From an uncultured Actinomycetes bacterium (GTDB lineage: Bacteria > Actinomycetota > Thermoleophilia > Gaiellales > F1-60-MAGs149), in assembly GCA_903873565.1 (NCBI GenBank), contig CAIQOY010000191.1, forward strand, positions 1 through 34,267: a DNA stretch of 34,267 nucleotides, in the 5' to 3' direction. Below are positions 7,459 to 14,746 of this stretch, one piece after another. The number at the start of each line of letters is the position of its first letter. Within the stretch, counting starts at the first letter, position 1. The notes below the pieces were generated by a model that worked only from the letters and a program-made list of their open reading frames with translations, was not told where the DNA came from and searched no databases. The position numbers and the translations under genes were made by a program.

Positions 7459-9144
7459 CTACTGGACCTTGAAGTAGAGCTTGCGCGCGGCGTTGTCGCC
7501 GTAGACGCTGCGAGCCTGGATGTCGAAGTCGAACGTCGCGCCCGCCGTCGCGACCCAGTCGCTCCCGAAGCACGTCGCCGCGTTGATGGTGTACTGCAGG
7601 AGGTTGGCCGTGGGTGCGGCAGGGTCGGTGGCCGTGTCGGCCGCCGGATCGAGAACGCCCTCCAAGGACGGGTCGATGCTGAACGGGGCGCCGTTCGAGA
7701 CCGCGTTCGAATACGAGGCCACCGAGCAGTTGTTGTTGCCCGTGCGGCCGCCGCCGTTGTTCGGCTTGTTGGGCGCATCCGCCGTGTAGAGCAGCGCGCC
7801 CATATCGATGTAGCCGCTTGCCGAGGGCTCGCCCGCAACGGCCGGCCGCTGCGGCCGGAACCACTTGAGGGTGATCACGCCATCCGCCCCGACCAGGATC
7901 GGGTTGGTCGGCGACATCCCGTACCCCGCGGACGGGGACGTGACCTGTCCCGAGGCAGCGTCGTAGCCGAGCACCGTCTCGGTGCTGCCGATCGTCACCG
8001 AATAGACCGCCGGCGCCGTGTTGAACACGAAGTTCAGAACGCCCGGATAGGTCGCCCCGCCCGCCGTCTGCACGAAGGCGTTGCCCGCGCCGATCTCCGA
8101 CGGCAGCGCACCGGGGGAGATTTGGGCGTCGCCGGTCGAGCCCGTGGCAATGCTGACCGTGGTGCCGGAGACCGCGGCCGCCGCCCCATTGACGAGCGGA
8201 TACGTGGTGGCCCCGACCGCGTGGCTCGCGCAGTAGACATTGCCCAGGCAGTCGAGCGTCGCGCTGGTGCCCGCCATGATCTGCGTTGCGAGCGTCACGG
8301 TGGTCGGCACCAGCCGGTCGATCAAGGGCTGCACCGCCGAGGCGCTGCCGCCCAGGTAGACGTTGATGCTCTCCGGGCCGGTCAGTTTGAAGTTCGAGAA
8401 CATCTTGAACTCGGTCGGAGCGGCACCGAACGCCGGGGCGAGCGGTGCGCCCGCCTGGCCCGGAGCCGGAGCCGGCGCCGGCGCCGGCGTCTGGCCGTCG
8501 GCGCACGGCGGCAGCGGCGCCGGGCCGCAGGTCTGACGAAGCACGCGTGAGGATGCCGTCTTGCCCCTGCGGCCGGTCCGATCGACGTTGTCGAGGATCA
8601 GGTTGCCGTTGTCATCGGTGTCGAAGGCCCCCGCGATGCCATCGAGATCGGCGTCACGCCCCTGGCCGTTGTAGCCCTTCAGCGCGGCCTTCCCGTTGCC
8701 GACCTTCACCCGGCCGAGATTGCCTGCGCCGATCGGCTTTCCGGCCCGCGCGGTGGCTGTGTAGGCGGCGGTCGTGTGATAGCTGCCCATCGGCGCCGTG
8801 GCCTTGAAATACCCGGTCTTCTTGACGATGGTGCCGAGCTTGACGCTCTTGGCCGTGGAGAGCGTGGCGTAGACCTTCGCGCCCCCGCCGCCGAGGACGA
8901 CGGGGCCGAGGTACGCGCCCTTGGCCGAGACGACGTGGAGCGACGCGCCCGAGGTCGTCGCGGTGATCCGGAAGGCGCCGCTCGCCGGCAGACTGGCCTT
9001 CCTGCCCTTGCCGTCCGCCTGGACGACGATGATCTGGAGTCCACCTCCGCCTTTGACGGTGCCCGAGATGGTGCCGGCCGAGGCGGGTACGGCGGCGATC
9101 AGCGCGCCGAGGACGGCGACGAGGGCGAGGGGAAAGCGCTGCAT
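7459..9144 (-). CDS. Secreted hypothetical protein (561 aa)
   Basis: Signal peptide ending ASA|G, Lys-rich beta-type N-domain, DADLDG..DTDDNGN Ca-binding-like motif, (PA)n linker, Cys-containing C-domain. TGc-TACAGT box 6 nt before ATG. Confidence 0.88.
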   Translation of the reverse strand: MQRFPLALVAVLGALIAAVPASAGTISGTVKGGGGLQIIVVQADGKGRKASLPASGAFRITATTSGASLHVVSAKGAYLGPVVLGGGGAKVYATLSTAKSVKLGTIVKKTGYFKATAPMGSYHTTAAYTATARAGKPIGAGNLGRVKVGNGKAALKGYNGQGRDADLDGIAGAFDTDDNGNLILDNVDRTGRRGKTASSRVLRQTCGPAPLPPCADGQTPAPAPAPAPGQAGAPLAPAFGAAPTEFKMFSNFKLTGPESINVYLGGSASAVQPLIDRLVPTTVTLATQIMAGTSATLDCLGNVYCASHAVGATTYPLVNGAAAAVSGTTVSIATGSTGDAQISPGALPSEIGAGNAFVQTAGGATYPGVLNFVFNTAPAVYSVTIGSTETVLGYDAASGQVTSPSAGYGMSPTNPILVGADGVITLKWFRPQRPAVAGEPSASGYIDMGALLYTADAPNKPNNGGGRTGNNNCSVASYSNAVSNGAPFSIDPSLEGVLDPAADTATDPAAPTANLLQYTINAATCFGSDWVATAGATFDFDIQARSVYGDNAARKLYFKVQ

Positions 9145-9164
9145 GCGGCTACTGTAGCAGCCGG

Positions 9165-9182
9165 CCTGACCACGTAGTCAGG
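9165..9182. promoter_or_regulatory. Palindromic candidate operator in a divergent promoter region
   Basis: CCTGACCACGTAGTCAGG is 16/18 self-complementary and lies between the secreted-protein gene and the acyl-CoA dehydrogenase. Confidence 0.45.
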
Positions 9183-9266
9183 ACCCGCGGCGGCCGCATC
9201 AGGACGAGCGGCGAAGAGCACACGGGCCGTCATGTACCCTTGACGACAGACCATCCGGAGGACACC

Positions 9267-10448
9267 GTGGCAACCACCAGCGACCGCGCGATCGACCCCC
9301 TCGACTACGTCGGCGTCGACGCGCTCCTGAGCGACGACGAGAAGGCCATCCGCGACGCCGTGCGGGAGGTCGTCCGTGACCGCATCCTGCCGGAGGTCGG
9401 CGACTGGTTCGACAAGGGCATCCTGCCGCGCGAGGTGTTCACCGAGTTCGGGCAGATGGGCTTCCTCGGCGCGCATCTCGAGGGCTACGGCTGCGCCGGC
9501 GTCAACGCCGTCTCCTACGGGCTGATCAACCACGAGCTCGAGTACGGCGACTCCGGCCTGCGCAGCGCCGTGTCCGTCCAGGGCTCGCTGGCGATGTTCG
9601 CGATCTGGCGCTGGGGCTCCGAGGAGCAGAAGCAGCAGTACCTGCCGCGCATGGCCGCCGGCGAGGTGATCGGCTGCTTCGGCCTGACCGAGGCCGACGC
9701 CGGGTCCGATCCCGGTTCGATGCGCACCCACGCCCGTCAGGACGGCGGCGACTGGATCATCAACGGCTCGAAGATGTGGATCACGAACGGCACCATCGCC
9801 GACATCGCGATCGTGTGGGCCCAGACCGACGACGGCATCCAGGGCTTCATCATCGAGAAGGGCATGCCCGGGTTCACGGCGCCCGAGATCCACAAGAAGC
9901 TGTCGCTGCGCGCCTCGATCACGTCGGAGCTCGTGATGGCGGACGTGCGCGTGCCCGACGAGAACCGCCTGCCGGGCGTCCAGAGCCTGCGCGGCCCGCT
10001 CTCCTGCCTCAACGAGGCCCGCTACGGCATCGTCTGGGGCGTCGTCGGCGCGGCCCGCGCCTGCTACGAGGAGGCGCTCTCCTACGCGACGGAGCGGATC
10101 GTCTTCGAGAAGCCGCTGACCGCCTACCAGCTGACCCAGCAGAAGCTCGCGGAGATGGTCCTCGAGATCAACCGCGGCATGCTGATGGCGCTGCACCTCG
10201 GCCGCATGAAGGACGAGGGCAAGCTGCGCCCCGAGCACGTCTCGCTCGGCAAGATGGGCAACGCCCGCGGCGCGCTCGAGATCGCCCGCTCCGCCCGCTC
10301 GATCCTCGGCGGCAACGGCATCACGCTCGAGTACCCCGTGATCCGCCACATGAACAACCTCGAGAGCGTGTTCACCTACGAGGGCACCCACGAGGTGCAC
10401 ACGCTGGTGGTCGGCGGCGCGGTCACGGGCGTCCAGGCGTTCCGTTGA
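9267..10448 (+). CDS. gcdH: Acyl-CoA dehydrogenase, glutaryl-CoA dehydrogenase-like
   Basis: GCFGLTEADAGSDPGSM, NGSKMWITNG, KLSLRASITSEL, CLNEARYGI, NLESVFTYEGTHEVH. GGAGG RBS precedes GTG 9267. Confidence 0.85.
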   Translation: MATTSDRAIDPLDYVGVDALLSDDEKAIRDAVREVVRDRILPEVGDWFDKGILPREVFTEFGQMGFLGAHLEGYGCAGVNAVSYGLINHELEYGDSGLRSAVSVQGSLAMFAIWRWGSEEQKQQYLPRMAAGEVIGCFGLTEADAGSDPGSMRTHARQDGGDWIINGSKMWITNGTIADIAIVWAQTDDGIQGFIIEKGMPGFTAPEIHKKLSLRASITSELVMADVRVPDENRLPGVQSLRGPLSCLNEARYGIVWGVVGAARACYEEALSYATERIVFEKPLTAYQLTQQKLAEMVLEINRGMLMALHLGRMKDEGKLRPEHVSLGKMGNARGALEIARSARSILGGNGITLEYPVIRHMNNLESVFTYEGTHEVHTLVVGGAVTGVQAFR

Positions 10449-10789
10449 GCCAGCTCGAGGGCCTCGAGTACATCTCCTACGCCGTCGAGGCGTCGCCGGC
10501 GTGGCAGCGCGTCCTGCACGAGCCGCACCACCGCGTCTACGGGCCCGGCGGGGCGACGCGCTACCACCACGTCGGCTCTGACGACCCGCCCGTCGAGGGG
10601 ACGGCCGAGCTGATCGCCGAGCAGGGCGACACGCTGACGATCCTGATCACCGGCGACGACGCTCCGAAGACCGTCGCGCTGACGGTCCTCAGCCCGACGG
10701 TGGCCGAGATGACGATCACCCGCGGCGCCGACTGGGCGCGCTGCGTGGTGGCGCTGATCGCCCTGCCGGACGCGCACCACGACCACTGA
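10445..10789 (+). CDS. Hypothetical protein (114 aa, predicted beta-rich)
   Basis: TTG start overlaps the dehydrogenase stop (TTGA). C-terminal part of track ORF 9776..10789 with good codon bias. Confidence 0.7.
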   Translation: MSQLEGLEYISYAVEASPAWQRVLHEPHHRVYGPGGATRYHHVGSDDPPVEGTAELIAEQGDTLTILITGDDAPKTVALTVLSPTVAEMTITRGADWARCVVALIALPDAHHDH

Positions 10790-10790
10790 G

Positions 10791-11450
10791 TCAGGTGCCG
10801 GCGGGCGGGCGGATCTCGAAGCCCTCGTGCTCGCGTGCGGCCGCGACGGCCGGCAGCGCGTGGAAGCGGTCGTAGAAGGCGCCCAGCACCGGATCGTCCC
10901 ACCACGGCTCGGCCGTGAGGCGGGTCCAGCGGATCAGCATCCCGAGGAAGACGTCGTCCACGCCCGGCTCGTCGCCGCGGGCGAACGGCGCGTCGGCGTA
11001 CCAGGCCGCGCAGCGCGCGCGCAGCCCGGCCAGCTCGTCCGTGGCGTGCGCCACGACGGCCGCTCGGGCGTCGTCGCCGTCGGCGAAGCGCTGCGGGTAG
11101 CGGGCGCGCAGGATCGCGACCTGCACGGTGTTGGTGAGGAAGACCAGCCGGCTCAGGAACGCGGGCCGCTCGGGATCGTCGGGCGCGGGCGCGAGGTCGT
11201 GCCGCCCGGCGCGCTCGGCGATCGCGAGGCTGATGGCGGCGGACTCGGTCTGCACGGTGCCGTCGGGCCAGATCAGGGTCGGGATCCGGCCGCTCGGGTT
11301 GAGCGACAGGTAGGCCTTCGGCTCCACCGGGCGCCCGTCGTCGTCGCGGACGACGCGCACCAGCTCGTGCTCCATCCCGGTGGCCTCGAGCAGCACGTGG
11401 GGCGCGAACGAGCCGGCCCCGGGCAGGAAGTAGAGGAGCGCGACCGACAC
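10791..11450 (-). CDS. Glutathione S-transferase family protein
   Basis: YFLPGAGSFAPHVLLE, YLSLNPSGRIPTL (cis-Pro loop), TESAAI and a helical C-domain with G-DEPGVDD. Confidence 0.9.
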   Translation of the reverse strand: MSVALLYFLPGAGSFAPHVLLEATGMEHELVRVVRDDDGRPVEPKAYLSLNPSGRIPTLIWPDGTVQTESAAISLAIAERAGRHDLAPAPDDPERPAFLSRLVFLTNTVQVAILRARYPQRFADGDDARAAVVAHATDELAGLRARCAAWYADAPFARGDEPGVDDVFLGMLIRWTRLTAEPWWDDPVLGAFYDRFHALPAVAAAREHEGFEIRPPAGT

Positions 11451-11520
11451 GGGGGCAATCTAGCGCGCGCGGGGACGTGGCCTGCCACGCTGCCCGCACG
11501 CGATCCGAAGGGAGTCCCCG

Positions 11521-11808
11521 ATGGCCCACGTCATCGCCGTCCGCTGGACGATCAAGCCCGGCCACGAGCAGGAGGTCCTCGACCTCGCCCGCACCATGGT
11601 CGAGCCGTCGAACGCCGAGCCCGGCTGCCGCAGCTACGTCCTGCACGCCGACCCGGCCGACCCCGCGGCCCTCTTCCTCTACGAGGTCTACGACGACGCG
11701 GACGCCTTCCAGGCGCACTGCGACAGCGCGCACTTCAAGGCGACCGTCGAGGCGCGCATCTTCCCGCTGCTCGCCGACCGCCGGCTCGAGATCTACGCGC
11801 CGGCCTGA
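11521..11808 (+). CDS. Antibiotic biosynthesis monooxygenase (ABM)/putative quinol monooxygenase
   Basis: IKPG..., EPGCRSY, FLYEVY, AFQAH..SAHF. GGAG RBS. Confidence 0.9.
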   Translation: MAHVIAVRWTIKPGHEQEVLDLARTMVEPSNAEPGCRSYVLHADPADPAALFLYEVYDDADAFQAHCDSAHFKATVEARIFPLLADRRLEIYAPA

Positions 11809-11845
11809 GGCCGTGGGCGCGCAGTCCGGCCGGTATCGTCAAGCC

Positions 11846-12376
11846 ATGACCATGCGCCTCCTCGCCCTCCCCGCTCTGCTCCTCGTCACCGGCATCCTCG
11901 CCGCCTGCGGGGGCGACGACGGCGAGCCGGTCGTCAGCACAACGGCGGACGGCACCGTGATCGCCGAGCTCGAGACCAAGGCCGGCGACGCCTGGACCGT
12001 CACCCTCCCCGAGGGCGCAACCGAGGCCTACGACCTGTACGGCAACGACGGTCGCGAGCCGATCGCGATCTGGGGTGAGGACGCTGGGGCCATCACCACC
12101 GCGGTCGACGAGCGATTCGCGATCGGGCTGCTGCAGCAGGCCGGGACGGGCTACGCGTGGCGTCCCCTCGACGACACCGCGTCCGGGAGCGTCGTGGAGC
12201 TGCTCCAGCAGGGGGTCAACCCGCACGATCCCGGTCCGGAGGTGGGTGGCGAGGAGACGCACTACTACGTCTACCGCGCGACCGCCGCCGGCACGGGCCG
12301 GATCGAGTTCGGCCTGTACGGCCCGGGGGCCGATCAGCCGGAGCGGACCGCGGCCTTCGACGTCACCGTGTCGTAG
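11846..12376 (+). CDS. Lipoprotein with chagasin/protease-inhibitor I42-like domain
   Basis: Lipobox LAA-C. The C-terminal region GTGYAW...VGG...YRATAAGTGRIEF...FDVTV matches the I42 Ig-fold pattern. TATCGT box 6 nt before ATG 11846. Confidence 0.72.
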   Translation: MTMRLLALPALLLVTGILAACGGDDGEPVVSTTADGTVIAELETKAGDAWTVTLPEGATEAYDLYGNDGREPIAIWGEDAGAITTAVDERFAIGLLQQAGTGYAWRPLDDTASGSVVELLQQGVNPHDPGPEVGGEETHYYVYRATAAGTGRIEFGLYGPGADQPERTAAFDVTVS

Positions 12377-12388
12377 CCGGCGTCCGGA

Positions 12389-12461
12389 TGGGCGGTACTG
12401 GGCTCGAACCAGTGACCCCCAGCTTGTCGAGCTGGTGCTCTACCAACTGAGCTAACCGCCC
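12389..12461 (-). tRNA. tRNA-Val(GAC)
   Basis: GGGCGGT TAGCTCAGTTGGTAGAGCA CCAGC TC-GAC-AA GCTGG GGGTC ACTGG TTCGAGC CCAGT ACCGCCC A forms a full cloverleaf. CCA is not encoded. TGg-TAGATT promoter box upstream. Confidence 0.97.
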
Positions 12462-12506
12462 GGACGGAGCCGGAATCTACCAGACCCCCGGCGGCCGGGG
12501 ACGCGG

Positions 12507-14708
12507 CTAGAGCACCTCGAGCGGGGCGTACTCGACGCGCAGCCGGCGCTCGCCGGACTCCGGGAAGCGGACGACGACCTCCTCCGGCGTCGGGCAGGCG
12601 ATCACGATCCCCTCCCCGAGCGTGGCGTGGCGCACGGTGTCCCCGGTCGAGATGACCGGCAGGTCGACGGGCTCCCGGCGCTCGATGCGCGGGCGCCGCG
12701 GGGCGGCGGACGGCGGCGGCAGATCCGACCACCTGCCCCGGGCGGCCGGCATCGCGGTGCCGCCGCGCACGCCGACGCGCTCCTCCTCGCGGTGGATGGA
12801 CGGGATCTCGTCGATGAAGAGGGAGCGCGGATTGCTCTCGGTGCGGCCGTAGAGGCTGCGCTGGCGCGCGTGGGTGAGCACGAGCCGCTCGCGCGCGCGG
12901 GTCATGCCCACGTAGCAGAGCCGCCGCTCCTCCTCGAGGTTGGCCTCCTCGAGCGCCCGCGCGTGCGGGAAGATCCCGTCCTCCATGCCGACCATGTAGA
13001 CGTGCGGGAACTCGAGGCCCTTGGCCGTGTGCAGGGTCATCAGGGTGACCATGGCGCCGTCATCGTCGTCGGGCAGCTCATCGCTGTCGGAGCGCAGGCT
13101 CAGGTCCGCGAGGAACATCGCGAGGTCGTCGAGCGGCACCCCGGTCAGCACGGCTTCGCGGGCGACGCCGAGCAGCTCCTCGAGGTTCTCGAGGCGTCCG
13201 CGGGCCTCCAGCGTGCGCTCCGCGCGCAGCGCCTCCACCATCCCCGTCTCGTCGTACACGCGCTCGAGGAGATCGGCGGGCTCGAGCTCGCGCGCAGCTC
13301 CGGCGAGCCCGTCCATCAGGTCCGCGAAGGCCGCCACCGCCTTGCGGGCCGCCGCCCCGGGAAGCAACGCGTCCGCCTCGCCGAGGACCTCGCGCAGCGT
13401 GCGCCCCGTGGCCAGGGCGTGGTCGGCGAGCCGTCCCACCGTGGTGTCGCCGATGCCGCGCCGCGGCACGTTGATGATCCGCCGCAGGGCGACGTCGTCG
13501 GCGGGGTTCGCGAGCGCGCGCAGGTAGGCCAGCGCGTCCCTGACCTCCTGGCGCTCGTAGAAGCCCGTGCCGCCGATGATGCGGTAGGGCACGTCGGCCT
13601 GGAGCAGGGCCTCCTCCAGCGCGCGCGACTGGGCGTTCGTGCGGTAGAAGACGGCGACGTCGCGCAGCGATCCGCCCTCCCCCACGATCCGGCTGATCTG
13701 CCCGACCACGAAGCGCGCCTCCGAGCGCTCGTCCTGGCACTCCACCACGCGCACGACCTCGCCGTCGCCGAGCTCGCTCCAGAGCCGCTTGTCCTGGCGG
13801 TCGAGGTTGTTGGCGATCACGCCGTTGGCGGCGTCCAGGATGTGCTGCGTCGAGCGGTAGTTCTGCTCCAGGCGGATCGTGCGCGCGTTCGGGAAGTCCT
13901 GCTCGAAGTCGAGGATGTTGCGGATGTCGGCGCCACGCCACGAGTAGATCGACTGGTCGGAGTCGCCGACCACGAACACGCTCTGGTGCTCCGCGGCGAG
14001 CGCGCGCACCAGCCGGTACTGGGCGTGGTTGGTGTCCTGGTACTCGTCGACGAGCACGTGGCGGAAGGCCCGTTGCCAGCGCTCCCGCGCCTCTGGGATC
14101 TGCTCCACGAGGTGCACCGCTTGGACGAGCAGGTCGTCGAAGTCCATCGCCCCGGCCTCCAGCAGCCTGGCCTGGTAGCGCCGGTAGACCTCGCCGACCG
14201 TGGTGTCGAAGTAGCCGTCGTTCTCCGCGATGAACCGATCGGCGTCGATCATCCGGTTCTTGGAGTCGCTGATCCGCGCGTGCACCCCGCGCGGCGGGTA
14301 GCGCTTCACGTCGAGTCCGAGGTCATCCTCGAGGATCGAGCGCACCAGGCGCACCTGGTCCGCGCTGTCGTAGATCGTGAAGGTGGAACGGAACCCGATC
14401 CGCGTCGCCTCGGCCCGCAGGATGCGCGCGCAGGCCGCGTGGAAGGTCATGACCCACATCCCCGTGGCGCGGCCGCCGAGCACCCGGTTGACGCGCGCGA
14501 CCATCTCCTGCGCGGCCTTGTTGGTGAAGGTGATCGCGAGGATCGACGAGGGCGGCGCGCCGTGCTCCTGCACGAGGTGCGCGATGCGGTGGGTGAGGAC
14601 GCTGGTCTTGCCCGAGCCGGCCCCCGCCACGACGAGGATGGGGCCGGGCGGCGCGGTCACCGCGTCCTGCTGGGCGGGGTTGAGGCCGGTGGGGTGCGCG
14701 CTCGTCAC
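12507..14708 (-). CDS. pcrA: ATP-dependent DNA helicase PcrA/UvrD
   Basis: AGAGSGKT, ITFTNKAA, VDEYQDTN, VGDSDQSIY, LEQNYRS, TLHTAKGLEF, EERRLCYVGMTRA and a C-terminal Tudor-like GDTVRHATLGEG. Confidence 0.96.
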   Translation of the reverse strand: MTSAHPTGLNPAQQDAVTAPPGPILVVAGAGSGKTSVLTHRIAHLVQEHGAPPSSILAITFTNKAAQEMVARVNRVLGGRATGMWVMTFHAACARILRAEATRIGFRSTFTIYDSADQVRLVRSILEDDLGLDVKRYPPRGVHARISDSKNRMIDADRFIAENDGYFDTTVGEVYRRYQARLLEAGAMDFDDLLVQAVHLVEQIPEARERWQRAFRHVLVDEYQDTNHAQYRLVRALAAEHQSVFVVGDSDQSIYSWRGADIRNILDFEQDFPNARTIRLEQNYRSTQHILDAANGVIANNLDRQDKRLWSELGDGEVVRVVECQDERSEARFVVGQISRIVGEGGSLRDVAVFYRTNAQSRALEEALLQADVPYRIIGGTGFYERQEVRDALAYLRALANPADDVALRRIINVPRRGIGDTTVGRLADHALATGRTLREVLGEADALLPGAAARKAVAAFADLMDGLAGAARELEPADLLERVYDETGMVEALRAERTLEARGRLENLEELLGVAREAVLTGVPLDDLAMFLADLSLRSDSDELPDDDDGAMVTLMTLHTAKGLEFPHVYMVGMEDGIFPHARALEEANLEEERRLCYVGMTRARERLVLTHARQRSLYGRTESNPRSLFIDEIPSIHREEERVGVRGGTAMPAARGRWSDLPPPSAAPRRPRIERREPVDLPVISTGDTVRHATLGEGIVIACPTPEEVVVRFPESGERRLRVEYAPLEVL

Positions 14709-14746
14709 GGACCCAACCTAGCAGGGGCGCAGGGCCCCGCCGGGGC

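Noticed and set aside
8455-8490. GCCGGC/GCCGGA short tandem repeats
   Set aside because: They encode the Pro-Ala linker of the secreted protein. Not a CRISPR or an independent repeat element.
12389-12391. tRNA lacking encoded CCA as a sign of pseudogene
   Set aside because: The cloverleaf and promoter are intact. CCA is commonly added post-transcriptionally in Actinobacteria.
5642-12461. Genomic island integrated at tRNA-Val
   Set aside because: Accessory-like genes lie 3' of the tRNA, but I found no integrase, no transposase and no duplicated tRNA 3' end. Most genes have host-like codon usage.
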